A DNA stretch of 64,000 bases, taken from Methanocella sp. Its GTDB lineage: Archaea > Thermoproteota > Bathyarchaeia > Bathyarchaeales > Bathycorpusculaceae. The notes under the pieces were generated by a model. That model had not been told where the DNA came from and did no database searches. It worked only from the letters and a program-made list of their open reading frames with translations. Both the position numbers and the translations under genes were made by a program. Shown here piece by piece: positions 48,162-58,081 of this stretch. The stretch spans positions 1-64,000 of the forward strand of contig JBLNCY010000018.1 of assembly GCA_050261115.1 (NCBI GenBank), read 5' to 3'. Numbering within the stretch: position 1 is the stretch's first letter; the number at the start of each line of letters is the position of its first letter.

Positions 48162-49268
48162 ATGCAAAAGCGCTCGGCTTCAATGGTCCTAGTGTTTGTT
48201 CTTTTATTAGGTTGCCAGGCATACCTGCTGCTTCCAGCCCAATCAGAATCATCCCCCATTTTAGTAGCCACCTCTTGCCCTGAGGACGTTACTTTATACT
48301 TCCTGGATGTGGGGCAAGGCGACTCCATACTCGTAAAAACAGCATCCAAAAACATCCTAATCGACGGAGGACCAACTAGTGCAGGCAAAGGCGTAGTAAG
48401 TGCGTTGCAGGCTTACAATGTTTCAAGAATTGATCTTATGGTTGCCACTCATCCACACGCCGATCACATCGGCGGCTTGATCACAGTGCTGCAATCGACC
48501 ATAGAAGTCCAAGACATCATCTACAACGGATATAACTACACCTCCATCACGACATTCAATAACTGGAAAAATCTGGCCCTAACACATAACTTAACCCAAG
48601 CCAGCAGGGGACAGGTTTATGCTATGTCTCCAACCATCAACTTCACTGTTTTAAGCCCTACAGGCCCAACTCAGTTTAGTACTGACTTAAATGCCCAAAG
48701 CATAGTTATGAAACTCCAAGTCGGCAACACAAGCGTGCTATTTACGGGGGACGCCCAGTTGGACACAGAGCAGTTTTTGGTATCATCTGGCTCTGACCTT
48801 AGCAGTCAAATCTTAAAGGTTGGGCATCATGGAAGCAGCACAAGCACCTCCCAAGCCTTCCTAACTGAAGTAAACCCAACCTATGCTGTGATAAGTGCGG
48901 GTATTGACAACACTTATGGGCATCCCACTCAGCGGACACTAAAGATACTGTCGGATAATAATGTGCAAATCTATGGAACATATGAAAGTGGCACAATAGT
49001 GTTTTCTCTAAACTCAGCTTCCGAAAGGCTGCCTTCAACGGCTTCCCCTTCCCCAACACCGACCCCTACGCCAAGCCCTATTTCACCTGAAAGCCCTACC
49101 CCTACCGCTAGTACCAATCCAACAAGCCCTACCCAGAACCCGATAGCTACATCACCCACTCCGACGCCTATCCCAGAGTTCCCTATAACAGCCATACTGA
49201 TTGCAGTTTTAGTGTTTGTGAGTCTGTTGCTGGTGATAGGAAGGCGAAGGCTAACCCTTAGGGGATAG
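48162..49268 (+). CDS. Secreted ComEC/Rec2-type metallo-beta-lactamase-fold nuclease with PT linker and PEF-CTERM-like anchor
   Basis: LDVGQGD, THPHADHIGG, TGD, KVGHHGS, YGHP; PIPEFP then TM then RRR. Confidence 0.88.
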   Translation: MQKRSASMVLVFVLLLGCQAYLLLPAQSESSPILVATSCPEDVTLYFLDVGQGDSILVKTASKNILIDGGPTSAGKGVVSALQAYNVSRIDLMVATHPHADHIGGLITVLQSTIEVQDIIYNGYNYTSITTFNNWKNLALTHNLTQASRGQVYAMSPTINFTVLSPTGPTQFSTDLNAQSIVMKLQVGNTSVLFTGDAQLDTEQFLVSSGSDLSSQILKVGHHGSSTSTSQAFLTEVNPTYAVISAGIDNTYGHPTQRTLKILSDNNVQIYGTYESGTIVFSLNSASERLPSTASPSPTPTPTPSPISPESPTPTASTNPTSPTQNPIATSPTPTPIPEFPITAILIAVLVFVSLLLVIGRRRLTLRG

Positions 49269-49378
49269 TTCTGTGGCCTCAGATTACGATTTCATTGTTA
49301 GGTTCCTCTGTTGGTGGGGTATCCACTTACACCATTTTAAATATAAGGTGTGAAATGGGTTGCTTGATAGGTGACGCT

Positions 49379-49615
49379 TTGAATAGGGATGAGGCAGTTA
49401 AATTATTCAAAGAGATAACTTGTGCTTGTAGACTTGGCATTTCTTCTGTCTCGCTTATTTCTCCAGATCAGAATTTAGATGGCTATGAGCTCCACATAAA
49501 ATCCTTCCTAGATAGAGTTGACAGGATAAAAATACAAAATATCTTAGAGAGATATCAGCTTGTATGGAAAGAAGAGAAGGATACTATTATAATTTATAAA
49601 CCAAAAGAAGCATGA
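49379..49615 (+). CDS. Small hypothetical protein
   Basis: AGGTGA SD then TTG; MNRDEAVKLFKEI...IIYKPKEA. Confidence 0.6.
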   Translation: MNRDEAVKLFKEITCACRLGISSVSLISPDQNLDGYELHIKSFLDRVDRIKIQNILERYQLVWKEEKDTIIIYKPKEA

Positions 49616-50029
49616 TCGTGGCTTTTCCTTAACAGTCCATAGCCTCTACCTGTTGTATCTAGTAACCTTTAACTTGTTGCCGCATTCACCGCATTCATAG
49701 AGCTCTATTATGAATGCACAATTGCTTAGGGACTTGGTAGGCTTGGGGCCAATTTTGTTGTGGCATTTTGGGCACTCTACCGTGTATATCATTTGTCATT
49801 ATCTCTGAGGTACGTTTAGGGGCTGATAGATTTTCTCAACTTCTGAGGGTATTAGCCAGTCTTATTTAGGGAACTATGCTGTGCTTATAGCTCAGTTGAG
49901 TGAAAGAAAAATTAATTAAAATTTGTTGTAGCGCCTACACTACCACAGACACATACACCACAAGAAGGCAGTAGCCAATCGCCAGCTACACAACAAAACC
50001 TTATGTCTCTGTATAGTTCAATACGCTCA

Positions 50030-50599
50030 ATGGAATTAACATTGAACCCAAAATACATCGAAATTGGCGTCTGCGGTTTATCTTGCAGACTTTGCCCATC
50101 ATACAATTCAAAAGCGGAGAGCCGCTGTGGCGGTTGTAAATCTGCTCAACGCATGAAGGTTGGTTGTCCCTTCATAACTTGCGCCGTTAAAAAGAAGGAA
50201 CTCGACTTCTGCTGGCAATGCAGCGAAAGTAAGACATGCGAAAAATGGCTATCCCACCGAGACGCCAGCAAGACTGGGGACTCTTTTAAGTGCTATCAGA
50301 CCCTAGAAGCAGATATAGCTTTCATTTTACAGCACGGTATAGATGCGTTTTGGCATCAACAGGAAGAAAGGGCGCTCATTCTAAGGGCGATGCTGGATGA
50401 ATTTAATGAGGGCCGCTCCAAAAGCTACTACTGCATTGCAGTCACCGTGATAGATATCGGTGAACTGCGCCAAGCTCTCATGGCTGCAAGAGAGCAGGCC
50501 AAAGATTTGTCGATTAAGCAGAAAGCAAAATTCCTGCATGCTCAATTAGATGCGATTGCAAAAGAGAAGGGCTACCTCTTAAAACTGAGAAAAAAATAA
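50030..50599 (+). CDS. DUF3795 Cys-rich protein
   Basis: GVCGLSCRLC, CGGC, CPFITCAVKKK, FCWQC. Confidence 0.8.
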   Translation: MELTLNPKYIEIGVCGLSCRLCPSYNSKAESRCGGCKSAQRMKVGCPFITCAVKKKELDFCWQCSESKTCEKWLSHRDASKTGDSFKCYQTLEADIAFILQHGIDAFWHQQEERALILRAMLDEFNEGRSKSYYCIAVTVIDIGELRQALMAAREQAKDLSIKQKAKFLHAQLDAIAKEKGYLLKLRKK

Positions 50600-51403
50600 T
50601 GCCCTCTAAGCTGGAACTTTTAGCTGGGATAAATAGCGGCGATTCATAAACATAATTAACCATATGTGCCAATACAACCGCTGGTCGCTTAGATTGGCAA
50701 GAATACTTAATCTGCTCTTTGGCGGTTTACTCGTTAAAAACCAAATGGTCGCAAACAGAGACTTCTCATGCGTCCACGCTTGGATGGATGAGCACCACCA
50801 CGTCAACTGCTGCAAACCTACTATAATGGACTTGGCGGTTAGCGAAAATAAAGAGCTAATACTCAGTAAAGCAACCCAAACCGACGCTAAGGTACTCACA
50901 GATTATTTGCGTGTGGCCCTTGGGCATATGCTACTTTCCTTGCTGTCGGAGGGATTTGCTTTTGATAGTGACTATACGCTTATCAAAACAGCATATAAGG
51001 TCTATTTGGATCGAGGGTTTGACCGCTGCCGCCTCAACGGCATGTTACTGGGCGGCTCAATTACAAACACACATTAACCCTCTTGATGGGTAAGGCACTG
51101 GTTAGTGGAGTTCTTTGAATTTGCAATGGCACTTTTCACAGTCATATGCTTGTATGGTGAATACTGAGTTTTTGAGCACCCTTGTGGGTTTAGTTATGTT
51201 TGATGAGCAATGTGGGCAAACGGCCATATCGACTCACGTCTCTATGGTTATTTTGTAGGCGATAAGAGGTTAATTGACACTGTTATGCAAAAGTTACAGC
51301 GCCCGTCTAGTTTGCTTAAAATGTAGCGTAGCATAAACCGCTCAATGCTATTTAGCAATACACTATACAGCAATGGGCAACGAACCATAAATCCATACGT
51401 TTG

Positions 51404-51790
51404 TCATTGCCGAAGCTGTATAACCGCCGCAGTAAATTCTGATTCGCCAATTACCCGCGTCTGATGCCCTCTCCCACTAATATCCTCTAACAAAAACACG
51501 TCTCCCTGGCTGAACCTGCGAACCTCGCCGTCGCCTGCCATGATCTCTAGTTGGCCTTTTAGGCAACAAAAGAACTGCTTCTTTGGCGCAGGATGCCAGT
51601 CGCCAAACCAGCCCGGTGGCAACTGAAAAAACACCAGTCTACTTACGTCAATGTAGCCTGAAAGTCCCACTGGCGGGGCGGGGGGCGCAAAATCTACCAT
51701 CTTAAACTCTGCTTGGTCTTCGCGGAAGTGAGAGGTGCCTTGATTGTCCAGATAGAGGGTTGTGTAATTCACTGTTTTTGTCTCCTTCAT
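51404..51790 (-). CDS. Cupin domain protein
   Basis: DWHPAP, GDVFLLEDISGRGH. Confidence 0.85.
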   Translation of the reverse strand: MKETKTVNYTTLYLDNQGTSHFREDQAEFKMVDFAPPAPPVGLSGYIDVSRLVFFQLPPGWFGDWHPAPKKQFFCCLKGQLEIMAGDGEVRRFSQGDVFLLEDISGRGHQTRVIGESEFTAAVIQLRQ

Positions 51791-51834
51791 GTATTACCCT
51801 GTTAGGGGGGTATAAAACCGTGGCGCAGGTCTGT

Positions 51835-52266
51835 TTAGATGCTTGGTCCTGTAGGGTAGCGGCCTAAGGCGTCTAGGATCTCTTCGACGGTTGTTTTCTT
51901 CCCCGCGTTCCTGACAAAATCTGAGGCGACAACGATGCCGACCAGCTTGTTTTGTTTTAAGACGGGCAGGCGCCGTATCTTGTTGGTGGACATTATTCTG
52001 GCTGCTTCCCTAAGCGAGGTTTCGGGTTCGACGGTGATGAGGTTCTTAGTCATGGCTTCAGTTATTTTCGTGTCTGGCGAGGCGCGTTTAGCCACGATGC
52101 GCCTGACGATGTCGCGTTCGGTTAGGATGCCAACGGGGAACGCTTTAATCACAACGATAAGGCAGCTTAGGCCTTTTTCGGTCATTATCTGTGCAGCTTC
52201 AAAAACGGTTTTGCTGGGTTCGATAGTTATGACCTCTTTGGTCATGATGTCTTTGACTGCCGGCAT
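51835..52266 (-). CDS. CBS domain pair protein
   Basis: VKDIMT, GILTERDI, IRRLPV, LVGIV. Confidence 0.92.
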   Translation of the reverse strand: MPAVKDIMTKEVITIEPSKTVFEAAQIMTEKGLSCLIVVIKAFPVGILTERDIVRRIVAKRASPDTKITEAMTKNLITVEPETSLREAARIMSTNKIRRLPVLKQNKLVGIVVASDFVRNAGKKTTVEEILDALGRYPTGPSI

Positions 52267-52443
52267 AAGCTTCACAAGCATTTAACTTGGGTTTATCGAT
52301 AAAAGCGTTGTCATCAGCAGTAAGGCTTGACCTCTGCGGTTACGGTTCAGGTCTGTTGTTATAGCCCCATTACAGTCACATACCGATAAATCAGCGGCAA
52401 AACGACCTTCTAACGTAGCCCTCTTTTTTGGAAACGTGACTTC

Positions 52444-53448
52444 ATGAAAGCGCAAATATGTACCCACATCGATAAAATAGAAAACCATCCCCTAACGTAC
52501 ACCGACGTACCCGACCCGCAGCCCCACCCCGACCAAGTATTAATCCAAGTAAAAGCCTGCGGAGTATGCTACAGCAACCTACACATGATCGAGGGCGAAC
52601 TTCAACAGTTCGGGGTTCCAGCTAAACTGCCCATAATTCCGGGGCACGAAGTAGCCGGTGTAGTCACCAAAGTCGGCACAGCAGTAAAAACCCTAAAAAC
52701 TGGCGACCGAGTCGGGGTGCAGGTGCTCTGGAATACCGATGGAACCTGCGAGTTCTGTCTCTCAGGAAGAGAAAACCTCTGCCTAAATCGCCAAACAACA
52801 GGCGAAGTCGTCGACGGCGGATATGCCGAGTACATGGTGGCTCCCGCAGCGTTTGTACATAGGTTGCCGGATAATTTGGGGTTTGAGGAGAGTGCGTCAC
52901 TTTTTTGCCCCGGCATTACGGGTTATCATGCGGTTAAGCGGGCAAATGTGCGTATGGGGCAGCGTGTGGCGGTTATCGGCGTTGGCGGGGTAGGGCATTT
53001 GACGTTGCAGTTTGCCAAGCTGGCGGGCGCTGAGGTGATTGCAGTGGATACTTCCGAGGAGACGCTCAAGTTGGCAAGCGACATAGGCTCAGACCACGCT
53101 AAACCCGCCGATGAGGTTGAGGAGTTTGTTAAGCAGACGGGGCGGGCTGATGTGGTGTTTGTTCATGCGCCGTCTCAGCGGGCGGTGGAGCAGGCTTTGC
53201 GGCTCGTTAAGCGGGGTGGAATCGTCTTGATGGGGGTTTGTGGGGATGTGTCGGTTCAGTTTCCCGAAGAGTACGCTATTGTGGGTAGTGTGATTGGGAC
53301 GCGGCAGGAGATGAATGAAGTGCTCCGGTTGGCGTCGTTGGGTAAGGTGCATGTGGATTGGAAATGCTATGACCTGAGTGGCGCTTGGGATGTGCTAGTA
53401 AAGCTAAAGCAGGGCAAAATTGTGGGCCGAGCCATACTTGTGCCCTGA
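52444..53448 (+). CDS. Zinc-dependent alcohol dehydrogenase (MDR family)
   Basis: CGVC, PGHE, GDRVG, C..C..G.ENLC, GVGGVG. Confidence 0.92.
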   Translation: MKAQICTHIDKIENHPLTYTDVPDPQPHPDQVLIQVKACGVCYSNLHMIEGELQQFGVPAKLPIIPGHEVAGVVTKVGTAVKTLKTGDRVGVQVLWNTDGTCEFCLSGRENLCLNRQTTGEVVDGGYAEYMVAPAAFVHRLPDNLGFEESASLFCPGITGYHAVKRANVRMGQRVAVIGVGGVGHLTLQFAKLAGAEVIAVDTSEETLKLASDIGSDHAKPADEVEEFVKQTGRADVVFVHAPSQRAVEQALRLVKRGGIVLMGVCGDVSVQFPEEYAIVGSVIGTRQEMNEVLRLASLGKVHVDWKCYDLSGAWDVLVKLKQGKIVGRAILVP

Positions 53449-53564
53449 GTAAACTGGCAGAAATCTACCTGAGCAACTGGCTACTTTTAACAACAAAACA
53501 GGCCCTTACTCTGGTGAAGATTTATCACTGTTGCCAAGTAACCTTTGGCATTGGTGTATCTAGG

Positions 53565-54584
53565 ATGGACCGCAAGGATTACCTCAAAGAACCCGTAAAA
53601 CACATCAAAATCAACGGCGCCCTAACCGTTGATCAACTGATGCAGCAGTATTCGAACTCAGGCTCGTTTGGCGCAGGAAGACTAGCGGAAGCTTGTGATA
53701 CTTACGAACGCATGGTCAAAGACCCCGAATGCACCATATTTCTTGCTCTCTCGGGCGCGGTTGTCCCAGCGGGTATGCGGCAAATAGTTGTGGACTTAAT
53801 TCGTAACCACTTCATCGATGTCATCGTATCTACGGGTGCCTGCATGGTGCATGACTCCATTGAAGCGGTCGGTGGTCATCACTACAAAGGCGGCTGGCTA
53901 GTCAACGACATAGAACTCTTTCGGTACCATTTGTTTCGCATCTATGATATCTTGGTTCCCGAAGAGGACTACATGCGGCTAGATTACCTGCTATCTGAGA
54001 TGTTCAAGGACATAGCTAAAGAGCAGAAGGCGCCTCTGGCCTCAAACGATTTCACCCGTGAGCTTGGAAAACGCTTAACCGATCAAAACAGTATCCTACG
54101 CGCCGCATATGAGGAGAACGTGCCTATATTCCTCCCCGCCGTGCGCGACAGCGAATTTGGTTTTATCCATTGGCTTCATGCCTCCCAAGACGGACAAAAA
54201 AACATCCTCCAACTCGACGCCTTCAAAGACGTTCCAAACATCTGCAACATATGCAGCAAATCCCCAAGAAACGGCATGATAGTCATTGGCGGCGGTGTTC
54301 CACGCAATACGGTGCAGTCCGCTGCACTTGCCTCCAATAAAGGCTTAGATTACTCCTTGGTTGTCACGATGGATCGCCCCGAAACCGGCGGCTTATCCGG
54401 CTCAACGTTGGAGGAGTCGATGAGTTGGGGCAAGCTAAAGGGCTCAGCGGCTCACGTTATGGTGGTTGGGGAGGCTTTGATGGTTTTTCCCATCATGGTT
54501 GCAGCAGTTACCGAGCGGCTCGGCGAAGGCTTTAAGCGTGACCCATATATGCTTAGAGAAAAGATCTATGTGGGAGGCTGCTAG
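53565..54584 (+). CDS. dys: Deoxyhypusine synthase
   Basis: STGA..VHD, GGGVPRN, GGLSGSTLEESMSWGK. Confidence 0.92.
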   Translation: MDRKDYLKEPVKHIKINGALTVDQLMQQYSNSGSFGAGRLAEACDTYERMVKDPECTIFLALSGAVVPAGMRQIVVDLIRNHFIDVIVSTGACMVHDSIEAVGGHHYKGGWLVNDIELFRYHLFRIYDILVPEEDYMRLDYLLSEMFKDIAKEQKAPLASNDFTRELGKRLTDQNSILRAAYEENVPIFLPAVRDSEFGFIHWLHASQDGQKNILQLDAFKDVPNICNICSKSPRNGMIVIGGGVPRNTVQSAALASNKGLDYSLVVTMDRPETGGLSGSTLEESMSWGKLKGSAAHVMVVGEALMVFPIMVAAVTERLGEGFKRDPYMLREKIYVGGC

Positions 54585-54797
54585 ATGGCGGAGTTTGAAT
54601 GTTGCGGGAACTGTGATAGCCACAACTCCTATGAGTACCCCGTTAAGGTTTTCTGTTCTACGCGTTACTGGCATGCGCTTGATCCGATTGTGGATACGCT
54701 TTGGCGCTGTGACAGCTATAACCGAGTTAGCCAGGAATGTTACTGTGTTCGGGAAGCATTGAAAGCCAAGAACCTTAAGGTTGAGGCGCAACGTTAA
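54585..54797 (+). CDS. Small Cys-rich hypothetical protein
   Basis: GGAGG SD; CCGNC..H, FC, CYC. Confidence 0.65.
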   Translation: MAEFECCGNCDSHNSYEYPVKVFCSTRYWHALDPIVDTLWRCDSYNRVSQECYCVREALKAKNLKVEAQR

Positions 54798-54832
54798 AGT
54801 TATAAAACCCGTCGTTGTTTCTGTGTGTTTGC

Positions 54833-54908
54833 AGCCCAGTGGTGTAGTGGTCAAGCATAGAGGCCTCTGGAGCCTTTGACAAGAGTTCGAATCTCTTCTG
54901 GGCTACCA
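54833..54908 (+). tRNA. tRNA-Gln(CTG), A1-U72, encoded CCA
   Basis: Acceptor stem agcccag/ctgggct; anticodon arm gaggc-ctCTGga-gcctt; T loop gttcgaatc; TATAAA upstream. Confidence 0.95.
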
Positions 54909-55038
54909 TTCCCTTTATCCAACTCTGTCTAGGTTTTAGTGTAAGCTATATTTATAGGCGAATGTTTCCTGCCGCTGGGACTCGTTTGGGTTAGGTTTAA
55001 ATCTTTATTTCTTGTTGATGGTGGTTAGGTGAATTTGG

Positions 55039-55155
55039 TTGGCTGATTTGAAGGGTTGCCCCTTTGGGCAAGACACAAGAAACGACTGTAAAAGCTGCGA
55101 TTACGGCGACAAAAACCACTTCGACCCCGCTTCGGGGCAATGCGTAAAACGCTAA
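55039..55155 (+). CDS. 38-aa Cys-rich micro-protein (not in ORF track)
   Basis: AGGTGA SD then TTG; MADLKGCPFGQDTRNDCKSCDYGDKNHFDPASGQCVKR. Confidence 0.55.
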   Translation: MADLKGCPFGQDTRNDCKSCDYGDKNHFDPASGQCVKR

Positions 55156-56427
55156 CTAGCGCTTTAGCTCGTTCAAGTTCGCGGCGGCAAAGGGCACTAG
55201 CATCTCGTCAGGGCTTAAGCCGCCATGCTGTCCCTGTAGAGGTATTTTTCGTCCGCTGCGGTGCTCAAACCAAAGCGTCTCCCTACCAAGAGGCAAGACC
55301 AGTAGGTTTCCCGTGCGATCAAGAAAGTCCATGCTGGGTTCACCATATCCGAATAGGCCACTTTTGAGGGCTTCTTGCATCTCGACGACTTGGGCTTTAT
55401 GCCCGATGCTTTTCTGAAGCGCCTCCTTGGTTTCCTCAAGTTTATGCGGCTTGACGTGTAGGAATATGTCACGGGGGCTGCCTGTGGGCATGATTTTTTT
55501 GCGGTGTTTGCCGATTTCCGCGTTTTGGATGGGGTGGGAGTTTAGGCTGAGGTAGGTTGTTTGTTGGGGGTCCACTTGTATTTCGCCATGGTCAGCGGTT
55601 ATCAGGAGCAGGGTTTCTTTGGCAGCCTGTGGCGTGATTTTTTCCACTAATTCTTTTTGGAGCAGAAAGGTGATAGCTTCAAGTTCAGCGTTGTATTCCT
55701 CGCTTTGGGGGCCGTATTCGTGGGCGATTGTGTCTAAGGTTTCTATGTGTACAAAGAAGTAGGCGCCGCTGTTTTGCTCTAGGTTTTTTCGTAGCTTGAC
55801 TATGGCATCTGAGGTCTTATGCGAAGATATGATGGTGCTGCCTTCGAAGACCAGTTTTGTGCAGGCGGCAGAGGCGTTGGATTCGTGCATGTGGGTGTAG
55901 GTTTTGATGCCTTCTTCTTCGAGTTTCTGCTGTATGTTTCCGCCGTTGTACATGAGGTGGGGGTCGTATCCCTGCTCGGTTAGCTTGCTCTTTTTGGTGC
56001 TGATGCGCTCGAAGCGGAGGGCGTTGATTATGCCTGTCTCTTTTAGGTAGATGAAGTATTCAAAGAGGCCATGCTGTTGCGGTGTTATGCCTGTGTTTAG
56101 GGTTGTTAGGGCGTTGGTTGTCTGTGAGGGGTAGACGCTTGTTAGGGGGAAGACTTCGCTTGCCTTTGGCAGCTTGTTTAGGAATGGGTTGGTTTTGTGG
56201 TGGTTTAGGTATTGGTTGAAGCCGAAGCCGTCAACTACCAAGAGAACGACTTTGTTGTAGTGCTTTGCGTCAAGGTTTAGCCGTGGGGTTAGCGGCGAAG
56301 CTGGCGCACCTTTGGTGCCAAACAGCTCTAGTATGGTGTCGGGGATGTTGGATATGCAGTTTGTCTGGTATTGGGGATAAACAAAGCCATAAGGTGCCGT
56401 TGGTTGGTCGAGTTTTTCTGTTAACAT
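55156..56427 (-). CDS. Alkaline phosphatase superfamily nucleotide pyrophosphatase/phosphodiesterase
   Basis: VVDGFG, TSVYPSQT, DTIAH, TADHG, GQHGGLS..EM.VP. Confidence 0.9.
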   Translation of the reverse strand: MLTEKLDQPTAPYGFVYPQYQTNCISNIPDTILELFGTKGAPASPLTPRLNLDAKHYNKVVLLVVDGFGFNQYLNHHKTNPFLNKLPKASEVFPLTSVYPSQTTNALTTLNTGITPQQHGLFEYFIYLKETGIINALRFERISTKKSKLTEQGYDPHLMYNGGNIQQKLEEEGIKTYTHMHESNASAACTKLVFEGSTIISSHKTSDAIVKLRKNLEQNSGAYFFVHIETLDTIAHEYGPQSEEYNAELEAITFLLQKELVEKITPQAAKETLLLITADHGEIQVDPQQTTYLSLNSHPIQNAEIGKHRKKIMPTGSPRDIFLHVKPHKLEETKEALQKSIGHKAQVVEMQEALKSGLFGYGEPSMDFLDRTGNLLVLPLGRETLWFEHRSGRKIPLQGQHGGLSPDEMLVPFAAANLNELKR

Positions 56428-56526
56428 GAAGTCGCCGCGTTCTGGTTATGTTGGTTGGTGGTTTGTGATATAAAGTTTGGTGGGTTTTCGGTGAATTCTT
56501 TTATACGGTTTCTGCGTGATTTTGCT

Positions 56527-57411
56527 ATGGGGTCAAGGATGGATATGCAGGTAGTTGCTTTGCCCGACGGTCGGCAACTCGGATATTGCAGCGTAGGCCA
56601 AGGCCGTCCCGTCGTCTATTTTCACGGCACCGCAAGCAGCCGCCTCGAAGCTTTACTCCTAAAAGACATGGCCCAAACCGCAGGCCTCCAGCTCGTCGGC
56701 ATAGACCGACCCGGCTATGGATTATCCAGCTATCGAAAACTCCGCAGCCTCTCGGACTTCAACAGCGACGTAACTTTCCTAGCGGATCAGCTGGGGTTTG
56801 AGCCGTTTAGCGTACTGGGCTGGTCAGGTGGAGGCGCCTTTGCCTTAGCCTACACAGCACAAAACTCACAACGAGTTACCAAAGCAGTCGTTGCGGATGC
56901 GCCCTTTCTGCCCTTTGACGTATCCATGGCTCATGACTTCCCCTTCTCAAAGTACCTCATGAAAATCCCCTATGCAGGCTACTTCGCCATTCACCAACTC
57001 CGCCGCCAAGTGCTCAAAGCCAACGGCAACATCCCAGCCTTCCTCAAATCCAAACAGGCAAAACAGCTATTACGCGGCTACACAGAGTCCGACTTAGAGT
57101 TGTTCTCTGACCCAGCATGGGCGGCTTTGATGTATCAGTCGATGGCTGAAGCGTTTCGGCAAAAAGACGGAGTCAGGGCGGTTGTGGGGGAGCATATGCT
57201 TTTCCTAAAAGACTGGGGCTTCCCCGTCGGGTCAACTCCAGCTGAGAAACTGGTTGTTTGGCATGGCAAAGACGACAAAACAATCGGCGTCCAAAATGGG
57301 GTTGCGCTTGCGGGCTTAGTCGCTGGTTGCAGGCTGGAGGTGTTTGAGGGGAAAGGTCACTGCGCCATGTTCCACTACCCAGACAAACTAGCTGGGGTGT
57401 TACTCGAGTAG
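56527..57411 (+). CDS. Alpha/beta hydrolase
   Basis: FHGT, DRPGYGLS, GWSGGG, WHG.DD, GH. Confidence 0.9.
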   Translation: MGSRMDMQVVALPDGRQLGYCSVGQGRPVVYFHGTASSRLEALLLKDMAQTAGLQLVGIDRPGYGLSSYRKLRSLSDFNSDVTFLADQLGFEPFSVLGWSGGGAFALAYTAQNSQRVTKAVVADAPFLPFDVSMAHDFPFSKYLMKIPYAGYFAIHQLRRQVLKANGNIPAFLKSKQAKQLLRGYTESDLELFSDPAWAALMYQSMAEAFRQKDGVRAVVGEHMLFLKDWGFPVGSTPAEKLVVWHGKDDKTIGVQNGVALAGLVAGCRLEVFEGKGHCAMFHYPDKLAGVLLE

Positions 57412-57594
57412 TTTCCACGGGTCCTCTGGGCCGAGTGTGTCCTCGTTTTTGGGTCGGGCGGTTTGCTGAATTTTTTGCACGGTAACCTTAACGAACGTGT
57501 TGTTGCTGAGTTGTTCGGCGGCGATAGCTTCTTTGGGTATGATAATGACCATTTGGTCGCCGATTTTTCGGAGTTGGGCCGTAAAGGTTTGCAT
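57400..57594 (-). CDS. AbrB/MazE-like small DNA-binding protein
   Basis: LRKIGDQMVIIIPKE...VKVTV. Confidence 0.65.
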   Translation of the reverse strand: MQTFTAQLRKIGDQMVIIIPKEAIAAEQLSNNTFVKVTVQKIQQTARPKNEDTLGPEDPWKLLE

Positions 57595-57660
57595 AGGGAT
57601 TCATGGTGGGGTTTGTAATTAACCGTTACTGCTTTGCGCAGCGTGGTGCTCTCATTTGTG

Positions 57661-57680
57661 CCCCCCTCCCTTATATATAG
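57661..57680 (-). repeat. Dispersed intergenic repeat, partial copy 6
   Basis: Reverse complement ctatatataagggagggggg is identical to the first 20 nt of copy 1. Confidence 0.75.
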
Positions 57681-57760
57681 CAGAAAGCTGCTTGGACAAA
57701 GCTTAAGAAACTTTAAGCGCCAAATAAAGCAGTAGAGAGCCCCTTTTGGTGGTTATGGGT

Positions 57761-58081
57761 ATGCAGAAGGTATGGGAAGAACTCAAAAGTATCGAGGCCC
57801 AAGCTGAACAAATCCAGTCACAAGCCAGAGAACAAGCCAAAAAAATACTCGCCCAGGCACAAAAAGACGCCGAAAAACTCATCCAGGACAGCCAAGTCTA
57901 CGGCGCCGAGGAAGCACAGAAACGCTATCAAGCCGCAGTCGATGAAGCCAACAAACTCCGAGAGGAACAGCTAGCCCAAAACGAGAAGGCCGCTGCCCAA
58001 CTTAGAGCCCAAGCCCAAAAACGCATGGAACTCGCAGTTGACGCCGTCGTTAAAGCTGTACTTGAGGAAACCCCCGCTTGA
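57761..58081 (+). CDS. atpH: A/V-type ATP synthase subunit H (G)
   Basis: Charged helical stalk protein at the start of the ATPase cluster. Confidence 0.75.
   Translation: MQKVWEELKSIEAQAEQIQSQAREQAKKILAQAQKDAEKLIQDSQVYGAEEAQKRYQAAVDEANKLREEQLAQNEKAAAQLRAQAQKRMELAVDAVVKAVLEETPA

Noticed and set aside
50606-51093. ORFs 50664-51077 and overlapping frames
   Set aside because: No recognisable motifs or SD; may be decayed sequence.
47673-51400. tRNA-Arg-anchored integrative element
   Set aside because: The region looks accessory, but no integrase or att direct repeat was found.
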